Assembly: GCA_964535015.1 (NCBI GenBank)
Contig: CAZHRU010000005.1
Coordinates: forward strand, 1-60,674
Reading direction: 5' to 3'
Length of the DNA: 60,674 nucleotides
Source of the DNA: an uncultured Verrucomicrobiota bacterium
GTDB lineage: Bacteria; Verrucomicrobiota; Kiritimatiellia; CAIKKV01; CAITUY01
A program made the position numbers and the translations under genes. Within the stretch, counting starts at the first letter, position 1; each line of letters begins with the position of its first letter. This document shows, one piece after another, positions 1 to 9,295 of the stretch. A model generated the notes under the pieces. That model ran no database searches. It was given only the letters and a program-made list of their open reading frames with translations, and had not been told where the DNA came from.

Positions 1-496
1 CAAACAGGATCGCACTCAGGAGGGTGACCACAAAACTGTCGCGCCGCCCGAAGAACAGGCAGGCCAGCGTGATGTGAAACAGGTAGGCGAAGGATACGAC
101 CGTATCCGTGGCCCCGATACGGTAGACCAGCACGGTAAGCACCAGAAGATCGGTAACCACCTGAAACCAGATGTTCGAAGCAATCACACCCCAGGGTGAA
201 CGGGGCGTCAGACGGCCGATCCACTGGATGGATGCCAGATTCAAGCCGGCCAGAATACCGGTCAGCCAAAAAGGCCACAAGCCGGGCGCATTCACCCCGA
301 ACGGCGCAAGCGTCGCCGCCCCCAGCAGCATTCCAGCCGCCCCAAACGCCCCTAATACGCCAACGGCAATCCAGCGGATCCGGGTAAACCAAAGGGCATT
401 CTGCAGGAGCACGGTGCTCGTCAGGCCACCCACCTCGGCAGGCCGCAGATCCGTCGCGGCTGAAGGGGAAGCGGTCTCGAGTTTGAATGTTCCCAT
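1..496 (-). CDS. Polytopic membrane protein, probably the N-terminal sensor region of a histidine kinase (runs off the left edge)
   Basis: Translated by hand; not in the ORF track. ATG at 496 follows GGAAGG. MGTFKLE...LWFTRIRWIAVGVLG...NIWFQVVTDLLVLTVLVYRIGATDTVVSFAYLFHITLACLFF is a run of TM helices with the 'W..R.RW.A' and 'Q...DL..LT.L....G' pattern of RegB/PilS-like membrane kinases. The kinase core lies outside the window, so the call is inferred. Confidence 0.7.
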   Translation of the reverse strand, partial: MGTFKLETASPSAATDLRPAEVGGLTSTVLLQNALWFTRIRWIAVGVLGAFGAAGMLLGAATLAPFGVNAPGLWPFWLTGILAGLNLASIQWIGRLTPRSPWGVIASNIWFQVVTDLLVLTVLVYRIGATDTVVSFAYLFHITLACLFFGRRDSFVVTLLSAILF

Positions 497-515
497 GGTG
501 CGTCCACCTTCCGAT

Positions 516-626
516 TTAGAAATAGTGCATGGCCGGCATCTTCTTCAACATCACGAGGTCGCCTTCCGCCTGCCGGATCAGGGTTTCCACCGCCGCCTGC
601 ACCTCGCCCGCCACAGGTTGTTTCAA
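516..626 (-). CDS. 36-aa peptide MKQPVAGEVQAAVETLIRQAEGDLVMLKKMPAMHYF (candidate signalling-peptide precursor)
   Basis: TTG start overlaps the upstream TGA (TTGA). GAAGG lies 7 nt upstream, most codons end in G/C, and TAA is at 516-518. It fills the gap between the prenyl synthase and the kinase. Confidence 0.65.
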   Translation of the reverse strand: MKQPVAGEVQAAVETLIRQAEGDLVMLKKMPAMHYF

Positions 627-1507
627 GCAGGAACCTTCAGCGCACTACACTCCGAAAAACGGGCAATCAGGGGCCCCACCACGTCCTGCACATACCCGTG
701 CAACGCCTGCTGAATCTCCGGCCACGGGGCCAACACACGTTCCGACTCCCGCAAAAGCATCGCCATTTGCTCCAGGGGATCAATTTCCTCACCCAGAAAG
801 GCGGTGGCCGCCGTCACTTTCCCCGTCGCCGCATCGGTGCCAAGACTCTTGTCGGCCAACCGGGGATCCGCACAGGTGTCCAGTAAATCATCCGCCAACT
901 GGTAGGCGGTCCCCACCGCATAGCCGGACTCGCGCAGGGCCGCCACCAACTTCGTCTGCGATCCACCCGCGCAGGCCGCCGCGAACCCGAATAGACTCCC
1001 GGTCTTGCGGCGCGCTATGCTCACACACATTTCCCAGGTTGAGCGACTTGCCGCCTCCGGCCCCTCAAATTCCTGCTCCGCCTCGGCATCACACATCTCG
1101 CGCAACGTGCTGATCAGAATCGGCAGATGCGAAGGCAGGCATTCCAGTATCCCCTCCACCGCCAGACTCACCATCAGGTCACCCAGCAGCACGGCCGCAC
1201 GCGTGCCCTCCGAAACCCAGAGCGCCGGCTCCCCTCGCCGGCAGGTTCCCCCATCCACAATGTCGTCATGCAACAGACTGGCCGCATGCAGCATTTCCAC
1301 CGCCGCCGCCGCACGGCATAGCACCGGACCCGGAACCCCCGCCGCGCTACCCACACGCAGGAGTAGACGCGCACGAATCATCTTCCCGCCCCCTGCCGTC
1401 GCCCCGAAACGTTCCACATGACTGTACAGGGAGGTCTGCCTCAGCGAATCCCCGATGATCCGCCGGACCTCACCCACCATCTCTTCAATTCCTGAATTTC
1501 CGGACAT
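623..1507 (-). CDS. Polyprenyl synthetase family (trans-isoprenyl diphosphate synthase fold) protein
   Basis: GKMIR, FARM LLHDDIVD..RRG, KT and SARM YQLADDLLD motifs. Confidence 0.9.
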   Translation of the reverse strand: MSGNSGIEEMVGEVRRIIGDSLRQTSLYSHVERFGATAGGGKMIRARLLLRVGSAAGVPGPVLCRAAAAVEMLHAASLLHDDIVDGGTCRRGEPALWVSEGTRAAVLLGDLMVSLAVEGILECLPSHLPILISTLREMCDAEAEQEFEGPEAASRSTWEMCVSIARRKTGSLFGFAAACAGGSQTKLVAALRESGYAVGTAYQLADDLLDTCADPRLADKSLGTDAATGKVTAATAFLGEEIDPLEQMAMLLRESERVLAPWPEIQQALHGYVQDVVGPLIARFSECSALKVPA

Positions 1508-1590
1508 TAGTTATCTCATCTCCCGTATCCAAGCCACTTGATCAATCCTAGATTTTGACATCTCGCGATGAATGGAAAAAGCGGATAGAC

Positions 1591-2724
1591 CTACGATTGT
1601 ACGGAGGCCCTGCCGATACCTTTGGAGACCCGGCCCCTGGCGTTGGCACCTTCCTCGGTGCCGGGGTCATCCGCCGTACCCGACGTCTTCAAGGCCGCTT
1701 GCCGGTTTCGCCACACCCGCGGCGACAATCCTGTCTTCTGCTGGAACCGGCGGGCAAAGTAACCCGGGTCGTCATACCCCACCATCCTGGCAATTTCACT
1801 GATACTGATGGTCGGGTTCCTCAGCAACTTCTTGGAACGGGCGATCCGCTGTTCGGTCAGGTATTCATTAAAGGGAATCCCCGCATGCTCACGAAACAAC
1901 GTGGTGAAATGATTCGGAGTCAGGCGCGCGGCACCGGCCAATTCCTTGACCGTGAGGGGAAGATCAGGCCGCTGCCGCACCAGTTCACAAACCACCTGCA
2001 CCAGCAACGGCCGGTTGCCGGCCGACCCGGCCGCCTGCGCCAGCGAGTCCTTCGCCCAGGTCGTCTCCTCAAGAAACCGCCCCAGATCCGGGCCCGCCAC
2101 CGCTCCCGACTGCAACTCATTGATGCGCTCGGTCAACTTCTGATTCTGCCGCACCACCGTTATCGCATACCCCATCGTCTTCATGGCCATCCGGAGAATC
2201 TCAATCTGGCGCGCGGTCATCCGCGGAAGTTCGCGAAACGTCTTCTCCAGCATCTTGAGATCCAGCCCAAGTTTCTCTCCCCGTTTCCGGACTTCTCCCC
2301 AGGCGTCATTCGACGAGAACAGGCACGAACTGAGAACCGCCATGCACTCATTCGACTCGCAGGAGGCCGGACATACCAGCACCGAGGCGCCCGCATGACA
2401 TCGCTGCTCCGCAGGCCCCCCGTTGCACGCCGCAACCGACATCAGGATATGGCACGTGCGGCAATGCTTCGCCCCTTCCGCCGAACTGCCTACCACCTTG
2501 CAGAATGACGTCACATTCTGCCCCTTCCCCTCGAGGAGCACCTGCCCCCACCCCGATTCCACCGGGTAGACCACCATCAGTCTCGACCCCGTCACTTCCT
2601 CGGTCATCTCCGCCAAATGCAGGATAAGGGGATGCCGCACATCAAGGACTACGCCCCCTTTTCGTTGCTTCACACTCATGATCACCGCTCTCTTGCCGGA
2701 CCCCCACAGGACATCCATGTCCAA
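1591..2724 (-). CDS. AraC-family regulator with an N-terminal PocR-like sensory domain (start uncertain, may be downstream)
   Basis: FC...C...CHAG PocR cysteines; C-terminal double HTH LTVKELA...FTTLFREHAG...VGYDDPGYFARRF. Confidence 0.85.
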   Translation of the reverse strand: MDMDVLWGSGKRAVIMSVKQRKGGVVLDVRHPLILHLAEMTEEVTGSRLMVVYPVESGWGQVLLEGKGQNVTSFCKVVGSSAEGAKHCRTCHILMSVAACNGGPAEQRCHAGASVLVCPASCESNECMAVLSSCLFSSNDAWGEVRKRGEKLGLDLKMLEKTFRELPRMTARQIEILRMAMKTMGYAITVVRQNQKLTERINELQSGAVAGPDLGRFLEETTWAKDSLAQAAGSAGNRPLLVQVVCELVRQRPDLPLTVKELAGAARLTPNHFTTLFREHAGIPFNEYLTEQRIARSKKLLRNPTISISEIARMVGYDDPGYFARRFQQKTGLSPRVWRNRQAALKTSGTADDPGTEEGANARGRVSKGIGRASVQS

Positions 2725-2737
2725 CTTATCGTAGAAA

Positions 2738-2753
2738 TGTTTAGTATGTCACA
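2738..2753. promoter_or_regulatory. CRP-like box (weak copy) TGTTT-N6-TCACA
   Basis: 8/10 match to TGTGA-N6-TCACA, between the divergent AraC and receiver genes. Confidence 0.35.
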
Positions 2754-2781
2754 TCGCTGGACATGCGTAAAGTTCGTACTA

Positions 2782-3225
2782 GTGAAAAAGACAGATCATA
2801 AACCCACCGTCCTCGTGGTGGATGACGACCCGGAACAACTCGTATCCACGCGACTGGTCCTCTCACCCCTGTACAGCGTCATCACAGCGTCCACCGACAC
2901 CGAGGCCCTCCGCATCGCCGGCACGGCCCACCCGGACCTTATTCTCATGGACGTGATCCTGCAGAGCGGCCAGAACGGTTTCTCGATCTTCCACGAACTG
3001 AGCAATGATCCCGCCACCGCCGCAATCCCGGTAATCTTCCTCACAGGCGTCAACAAAGTCACCGGGTTGGCCTTTGGATCGGACGCCGTGGGCCGTCACC
3101 TCGGCAAAGCACCCGCCGCGTTTCTGGAAAAACCCCTATCTCCTGTCATGTTGCTCCGCGAAGTGGGCAACGCCCTTGGACACACCAAGACGTCGCCGGC
3201 AGGCCATCATGGGCTTCCCGTGTGA
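2782..3225 (+). CDS. Stand-alone response regulator receiver (CheY-like)
   Basis: VLVVDDD, PDLILMDV, IPVIFLTG and FLEKP motifs; no output domain. GTG at 2782 preferred over the ORF-track start. Confidence 0.85.
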   Translation: MKKTDHKPTVLVVDDDPEQLVSTRLVLSPLYSVITASTDTEALRIAGTAHPDLILMDVILQSGQNGFSIFHELSNDPATAAIPVIFLTGVNKVTGLAFGSDAVGRHLGKAPAAFLEKPLSPVMLLREVGNALGHTKTSPAGHHGLPV

Positions 3226-4691
3226 CACGTGTCGCACCGTTCCGTCTTCCACTCGTCTCCGATATCCTCCGGATGCTTGAACTCCAAACCGGACGAAGTG
3301 AAATCCGGAAGATCCTTGCCGGGCCCCTGCGCCAAAATGGTATGGCACGTCTTGCAGTCCTTCGATATCCGCTTCCCGCTATCGCTGACGTGCCGGTCAT
3401 CATGACACCGGAAGCAACCCGGGGTGATCTTATGGCCGACATGGTTGGGATACTCCGTCCAGCGCACCTTCATCTCGGGGAAGAAGTTCCCCCGGTAGAT
3501 GGACTGCACCTCCCGGATCGCCGGCTCAATCCGCGCATCACCCGGGTACTTCGCCCGCAATTCCTTGTCGATGGCCGCCAACGCCTCCGCTTCCGTGGTG
3601 TAAACGGCCGACAGCAACTTCGCAGCCGTCGCCTTGATGGACGGCAGGGAACTGTCAATCCTTCCCTCCGACATGGCGATGTCGAGCATTTCGTTGGGAG
3701 CACGGTAGCGATGCGTAGGACGGTTATGACAGTCAATGCAGTCCATCCGCCGCACCGGTAACGCCGCCGCCTGCGCGTCGGATATCTTCGTCTTATCATC
3801 CTCGGTCCGGTACACCGTCACCTTGCCGCTCTGATCCGTCACCCGAACCCAGGGAATGACCAGGCGCTTCCGGTCGGTCGCGATGTATTCGACCGTGTTG
3901 ACGCCTTCCATGTGCCAGTGAATTCCCCGGATGGGCCCGTGGGCCGGGTCCCCGCCGCCGATGTTGAGCAGCATCTTGATCGTCCATGGCGTGTTCTTCG
4001 CGTCATTCCCGTAGTAGGTCCACGTCCGTAAAACCGCGCCGAAAAACTTCGCCGGCCAGTGGCAGGCCAGACAGGTCTCCTTGGCCGGTCTCAGGTTTTC
4101 CACCGGCGTCTCGATCGGCAGGTGGTACTTGTGGAACAGAACCGAATACACCTGGTACAACCCCGAGATCTTGGCCTTGACGAACCACTTGGCCCCCGCC
4201 CCGATATGACACTCCACACAGGAGGTGTTCGCATGGGGCGACAGGTGAAAGGCCGTGTATTCGGGCTTCATCACCTGGTGACACACCATGCCGCAAAACT
4301 GCACCGACTCCGTATAGTGATAGGTGCGGTAGGTTGCCACCGCGGAAATAACCACGAAGACGACCCCGGCCACGCCAAAGGCCGCCATGCGGGAGAGCGT
4401 TCGCCGGTCGCCAAGATCAATCACCGGCAGGCGCGGCACGTAGCCCTGTCGTTGCGTTCGGCGCCAGGTCCAGAACATACCCACCACCACCAGGCACGCG
4501 GAACCGGCCAGGAACGCCGGCACCAGCAGATAGATCAACAGCCCGAAGTACGGCGAAAGATCATCGCGCGTGGCGTCAATAACCATCAAAACCGATCCGG
4601 TAGCCAGCGCGCAGCCCCCCAGAAATAGGCCCGCCAAACTGATGGTGTTTTTCAGAAGTCTGCTGAACTTGTATTGTTCTTCCACACTCAA
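3207..4691 (-). CDS. imcH: NapC/NirT-family 7-heme inner-membrane cytochrome c, ImcH-like
   Basis: Three N-terminal TM segments; FCGMVCH plus six CXXCH (CVECH, CLACH, CIDCH, CFRCH, CKTCH, CDTCH). Start placed after AAGGAGG near 4691/4685. Confidence 0.8.
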   Translation of the reverse strand: MSVEEQYKFSRLLKNTISLAGLFLGGCALATGSVLMVIDATRDDLSPYFGLLIYLLVPAFLAGSACLVVVGMFWTWRRTQRQGYVPRLPVIDLGDRRTLSRMAAFGVAGVVFVVISAVATYRTYHYTESVQFCGMVCHQVMKPEYTAFHLSPHANTSCVECHIGAGAKWFVKAKISGLYQVYSVLFHKYHLPIETPVENLRPAKETCLACHWPAKFFGAVLRTWTYYGNDAKNTPWTIKMLLNIGGGDPAHGPIRGIHWHMEGVNTVEYIATDRKRLVIPWVRVTDQSGKVTVYRTEDDKTKISDAQAAALPVRRMDCIDCHNRPTHRYRAPNEMLDIAMSEGRIDSSLPSIKATAAKLLSAVYTTEAEALAAIDKELRAKYPGDARIEPAIREVQSIYRGNFFPEMKVRWTEYPNHVGHKITPGCFRCHDDRHVSDSGKRISKDCKTCHTILAQGPGKDLPDFTSSGLEFKHPEDIGDEWKTERCDTCHTGSP

Positions 4692-4934
4692 TCGCCCCTC
4701 CTTCGTTCGCACACCGCACTCCGACAAGTCCAGTTGCTTCTGCCTTCTCATGGCTACACTAAGGGATTTGCTCCCTGAATGCCAACTGAATGTGCGGAGA
4801 AAACGCATCCAGTCGCCGCGCATAAATACACCTGTTTTCTGTAGATTTATCCTGTTCCGGAACGATCGGCTCCATGCTATTAATGATGCCCAACTCGGCC
4901 TGTAGTTGGGGCCTCTTTGATCGTCAACGCTTGA

Positions 4935-7082
4935 ATGGAGAATAAAACCCGGATGAATGGAACACTCACAACCGTCCAACGCCGCCTCTGGATGGCGCTG
5001 GCGTCAATTCTTCTCCTCTCTGGCATCCAGGCGTTCGGATCCTCCATTTCCAACAGCGACTGCCTGGTCTGCCATGACGACCCCGCTCTCGTCCGGATCG
5101 TCGCCGGCAAGACCAACTCGCTGCAGGTCACCACAAACAGCCTGAAGAAATCCGTGCATGCCGGTCTTACCTGCACCGAATGCCATGCGGATATCAAGGA
5201 CCTGCCCCATCCGGACAAACTGGCCGCCCCCAAGTGCGGCAACTGCCATGACGATGTCGCCAAGGAATACGCCTCCAGTATCCACGGGGTCAGCCGCAAC
5301 ATGGGGGCCTCCGGCGCCGCCACCTGCTCCGATTGCCATGGCTCCCACAACATCGTACCCGTCAAACGCGGCGACTCGCCAGTCTTCAAACTCAACCTGC
5401 CGGCAACCTGCGCCCTCTGCCACAGCAATCCGAATCTCACCTCCGAATACCGGATGAAATTCCCCGAAGCCGCCGCCCAGTACATGGAAAGCATCCACGG
5501 CCGGGCCTTGCTCAAACTGGGCCTCATCATCGCCCCGTCCTGCAACGATTGTCACGGCGTCCACAGCATCCGCCGCAGTGTCGATCGCGACTCCCCGATC
5601 AATCATGCCCACATCGCCGACACCTGCGGCAAATGCCATGTCGGCGTGGAAAAGACCTACATGAAGAGCGTGCATGGGCAACTCCTCGCCAAGGGAGACG
5701 CCCGGGGCCCCGTCTGCACCGACTGCCACACCGCCCACCAGATCAACACCCAGGAAGGCGGACACCTCAAGGCCGCCAGTGACGCGCGTTGCGGCAAGTG
5801 CCATCAGGACCGCCTCGAAAACTACATGGAGACCTACCACGGCAAGGCCATCGCCCTGAGCACCTCCCATGAGGCGCCCAAGGTGGCCGCCTGCTACGAC
5901 TGCCACGGGCACCATGATGTCCTCCCTCCTTCGAACCCCCTGTCGCGCCTGTCCACCAACAACATCGTGCAAACCTGCCGGCAATGCCACGAGGGAGCCT
6001 CGGCCAAGTTCACCGAATACCTCCCCCACGCCGACCCCACCGACCGCAAGCACTACCCCCTGCTCCATTTCGTTTTTCTATCCATGACCGGCCTGCTGGT
6101 GGGCACCTTCGCCTTCTTCGGGCTCCACACCGCCCTCTGGCTGCTCCGATCCGGCTACCTCTACCTCCACGATTCGAAAACCTTCCGGGAAGCCAAGATC
6201 AGCACCCAGGTGGACGACCAGTGGTTCGTACGGTTCTCACCGTTCGAACGCATGCTGCACATCATGGTCGTCACCAGTTTTCTCCTGCTGGTCATCACCG
6301 GCATGCCGCTGAAGTTCCATTACACCGCGTGGGCCAAGACAATCTTCAACGTCATGGGAGGTGCCCCCGTGGCCCGCTCCCTGCATCACTTCGCCGCCAT
6401 CATCACCTTCCTCTACTTCGGCCTGCATCTCACGGATCGCGCGCGTGCTTGCTGGAACGGACGCCACAACGTGCTGGATCCCGAAACCGGACGTTTCCAA
6501 TTCAAGCGGCTCGTCACCGTCCTCACCGGCCCCGACTCCATGATTCCCAACATGAACGACTGGCGGCAATTTATCGCCCACCAGAAGTGGTTCTTCGGCA
6601 AGGGGCCCCGCCCGCAGTTCGAACGCTGGACCTACTGGGAGAAGTTCGATTACCTCGCCGTATTCTGGGGCGTCGCCATGATCGGCGCCTCCGGCCTGAT
6701 CATGTGGTTCCCCATCTTCTTCACCCGCTTCCTGCCGGGCTGGGTGATCAATATCGCCATGATCGTTCACTCCGACGAGGCCCTGCTGGCCGCCGGATTC
6801 ATCTTCACGTTCCACTTCTTCAATACGCATTTCCGGATCGAAAAGTTCCCCATGGATACCGTCATCTTCTCCGGACGCATCTCCAAGGCGGAAATGCTGC
6901 ACGAGCGCAAGCAGTGGTACGACCGGCTCCTGGCGACCGGCAAACTCGAGGAGCATCGCGTGCGCGACGAGTGGTTGCGCTGGAAGGACATTGCCCGCAC
7001 CTTCGGCTACATGTTCTTCGGCATCGGCCTTATTTTGCTCGTGTTGATCGCCGTGGCCATGACCACGCGTCTCCTGCATTAA
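4935..7082 (+). CDS. cbcL: CbcL-like fusion: 11-heme periplasmic cytochrome c plus FdnI/HydC-type cytochrome b
   Basis: Signal peptide and 11 CXXCH, followed by TM helices with RMLH, SLHH, WEKFDYLAVFWG and IVHSDEALLA. Confidence 0.85.
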   Translation: MENKTRMNGTLTTVQRRLWMALASILLLSGIQAFGSSISNSDCLVCHDDPALVRIVAGKTNSLQVTTNSLKKSVHAGLTCTECHADIKDLPHPDKLAAPKCGNCHDDVAKEYASSIHGVSRNMGASGAATCSDCHGSHNIVPVKRGDSPVFKLNLPATCALCHSNPNLTSEYRMKFPEAAAQYMESIHGRALLKLGLIIAPSCNDCHGVHSIRRSVDRDSPINHAHIADTCGKCHVGVEKTYMKSVHGQLLAKGDARGPVCTDCHTAHQINTQEGGHLKAASDARCGKCHQDRLENYMETYHGKAIALSTSHEAPKVAACYDCHGHHDVLPPSNPLSRLSTNNIVQTCRQCHEGASAKFTEYLPHADPTDRKHYPLLHFVFLSMTGLLVGTFAFFGLHTALWLLRSGYLYLHDSKTFREAKISTQVDDQWFVRFSPFERMLHIMVVTSFLLLVITGMPLKFHYTAWAKTIFNVMGGAPVARSLHHFAAIITFLYFGLHLTDRARACWNGRHNVLDPETGRFQFKRLVTVLTGPDSMIPNMNDWRQFIAHQKWFFGKGPRPQFERWTYWEKFDYLAVFWGVAMIGASGLIMWFPIFFTRFLPGWVINIAMIVHSDEALLAAGFIFTFHFFNTHFRIEKFPMDTVIFSGRISKAEMLHERKQWYDRLLATGKLEEHRVRDEWLRWKDIARTFGYMFFGIGLILLVLIAVAMTTRLLH

Positions 7083-7100
7083 CCATGACGAGGTGTTCCC

Positions 7101-9041
7101 ATGAACTTGCTTAGACATTACGCGCTCCTGATCGGCCTGTTCGCCAGCCTGCTGCTGACGCAGCGGGCCAAGGCGCTCGACAACAGCGACTGCTTCACCT
7201 GTCACGAGGATAAAACGTTGGTGAAAACCAACGCGGCCGGCCAGGCAGTCGCCCTGTTCGTGGACGCCAAGGGATTTGCAAAATCCATCCACGCCAAGCA
7301 CCTCTGCGTCAGTTGTCATTCGGACATCACCGAGGTGCCGCATCCGGACCGCTTCGTCGCCAAACCGGTATCCTGCTCCCAGTGCCACCGTGTCGAAACC
7401 GAGATCTACCGGAACAGCGATCACGGCAAGGCCATCCACAAGGGCGTGCCGGAGGCCGCCTCCTGCAAGGATTGCCATGGCAGCAACCACTACCTGATGA
7501 ATTCCCGCAGCCCCGAATCACCCGTCTTCCGCACCAATCTCCCCAAGACCTGCGGGCGCTGCCACGACAACGCCGCGGAGATGGAGAAGTTCAACCTCCG
7601 CCAGCACGGCCCCGGCCTTTCTTACGAGAAGAGCGTGCACGGCATTGCCTTGCTGGAAAAAGGGGAGATGAACGCCGCCAACTGCGCGGATTGCCATGGG
7701 TCACATGACCTCCACCGGTCCACCAACCCCACCTCCAAACTCTACTGGCAGACTGTCCCCACGACCTGCGGAAAATGCCATGACAATGTCAATCAAACCT
7801 ATTCCCGCAGCATTCACGGACAGGCCGCCAAGGCCGGTGTGCGCGATGCCCCCGTCTGCACCGACTGTCATGGCGAACATTCCATTGACTCCGTGAAACT
7901 TGCCGGTTCCAGGGTCTCCCCGGCCAACATCCCGGGAACCTGTAACCAGTGCCACTCGGCGCAACGCATTGTGACCCAGTACCGGTTGCCGCCGAATGTG
8001 TCGGACACCTATGCGAAAAGCTTCCACGGACTGGAGTCAAAGGGTGGTAACCCTACCGCGGCCAATTGCGCATCCTGCCACGGCGTACACGACATTTTGC
8101 CGTCCAGTGACACCCGCTCCTCGATTAATCCCCAGAACCTGCCCCAGACCTGCGGCAAATGTCATCCGGGCATCGGCACCCGCATGGGGGCCGACTTCTT
8201 CAAGGTCCATGCCCCGCCCGGCGCCGCGGCTGGAAAGCCATGGGTGGTGAATTTTGTTTCCTGGGCCTACATCACGTTGATTGTCCTGGTCATTGGAGGG
8301 ATGGCCGGTTTCGTCCTTCTCGACTACCTCCGCAAAACCCGCGAGCACCTGCGCGCCGTAAGGGCTTCCAATGGAGAACTTCGCCTCACTCCCGGAATGC
8401 GCGTCCAGCATCACGTGCTGGTGGTGCTGTTCATCCTGCTGGTGTATACCGGATTCGTTCACAAGTGGCCGGATGCCGTATGGAGCTGGCCGTTTCATGT
8501 GTTGCCCAACGGCAGTTATGTGCGCGGCATGATCCATCGCATCTGCGGCTGGGCGTTCACCGTCTTTTTCCTGGTTCACCTGGTCGCACTCGTCGGCACC
8601 CGCCAGGGCCGGCGCCACCTGAAGGATCTATGGCCCGTTTGGAATGACGCCACCGACGCCCTTGCCGTCTTTGCCCACAACATCGGACTGCGCAAGACAC
8701 CGCCCCCGCCCCGCCGCTGGAACTATGCCGAAAAGGCGGAGTACTGGGCACTGGTCTGGGGATCAGTCGTGATGGCGGTCACCGGCATCATGTTGATCTA
8801 CTCGGAAACCGTCCTGCGCCTGCTGCCGAAAGTCTGGCACGACGTGGCACAGGTCATCCATTTTTATGAGGCAATTCTTGCCGCACTGGCAATCCTGGTC
8901 TGGCACTTTTACTGGGTGGTCTTCGACCCCAGCGAATACCCGATGAACCCGTCATGGTTGCTCGGAAAGAAAGCGCCCCATCCCCCGCATACACCTGAAA
9001 CACCGCCCCAGACCGAGTCCAAGGGCCCGCATCAACCCTAG
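7101..9041 (+). CDS. cbcL: Second CbcL-like 11-heme cytochrome c / cytochrome b fusion
   Basis: 11 CXXCH; cytochrome b motifs RVQH, MIHR, YAEKAEYWALVWG, VIHFYEA...WHFY. Confidence 0.85.
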   Translation: MNLLRHYALLIGLFASLLLTQRAKALDNSDCFTCHEDKTLVKTNAAGQAVALFVDAKGFAKSIHAKHLCVSCHSDITEVPHPDRFVAKPVSCSQCHRVETEIYRNSDHGKAIHKGVPEAASCKDCHGSNHYLMNSRSPESPVFRTNLPKTCGRCHDNAAEMEKFNLRQHGPGLSYEKSVHGIALLEKGEMNAANCADCHGSHDLHRSTNPTSKLYWQTVPTTCGKCHDNVNQTYSRSIHGQAAKAGVRDAPVCTDCHGEHSIDSVKLAGSRVSPANIPGTCNQCHSAQRIVTQYRLPPNVSDTYAKSFHGLESKGGNPTAANCASCHGVHDILPSSDTRSSINPQNLPQTCGKCHPGIGTRMGADFFKVHAPPGAAAGKPWVVNFVSWAYITLIVLVIGGMAGFVLLDYLRKTREHLRAVRASNGELRLTPGMRVQHHVLVVLFILLVYTGFVHKWPDAVWSWPFHVLPNGSYVRGMIHRICGWAFTVFFLVHLVALVGTRQGRRHLKDLWPVWNDATDALAVFAHNIGLRKTPPPPRRWNYAEKAEYWALVWGSVVMAVTGIMLIYSETVLRLLPKVWHDVAQVIHFYEAILAALAILVWHFYWVVFDPSEYPMNPSWLLGKKAPHPPHTPETPPQTESKGPHQP

Positions 9042-9088
9042 TTGGTTGAATTCGCTCTTAGCCGGAACGATTCCATGTTCACAGCAAG

Positions 9089-9168
9089 GTGGACGTCGCC
9101 GTCCCGGCGACGTTGAGCAAAGGAAGTAGCAGACAGGTGTCTGACGCCGCCGGAACGTCGGCGTCCAC
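9089..9168. repeat. Inverted pair of REP-like palindromes between convergent genes
   Basis: GTGGACGTCGCCGTCCCGGCGACGT (9089) and the reverse complement of GTGGACGCCGACGTTCCGGCGGCGTC (ends 9168); each copy is self-complementary. Confidence 0.6.
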
Positions 9169-9295
9169 CAATCAAACCTCAAAGCAGACCTCATCTTCGC
9201 GGGCTTTGCGACTTCTGTTCAAACTCCATATTTTGGTTCCGGCTGCAACGGGTCAGTCAACGCCAACCGTCCCGGTGAGTCGCAGTCCAACACCG

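Noticed and set aside
1555-2508. Long + strand ORF (317 aa) and similar long antisense ORFs (5004-6068, 6237-7490, 25181-26317, 31236-32570, 37438-38910, 39154-40221, 44159-45361, 52376-53284)
   Set aside because: They are shadows of well-supported genes on the opposite strand, expected in GC-rich DNA, and have no recognisable motifs.
4793-4807. TGCG-N7-CGCA palindrome in the imcH/cbcL divergent region
   Set aside because: Only 4-bp arms in GC-rich DNA, with no second copy found.
4692-4979. N-terminal extension of the ImcH-like ORF in the track, with similar extensions at 9296-10540, 19980, 37297, 40251, 41227, 43802 and 54251
   Set aside because: Better RBS-supported or stop-coupled starts lie downstream; the extensions overlap promoters or other genes.
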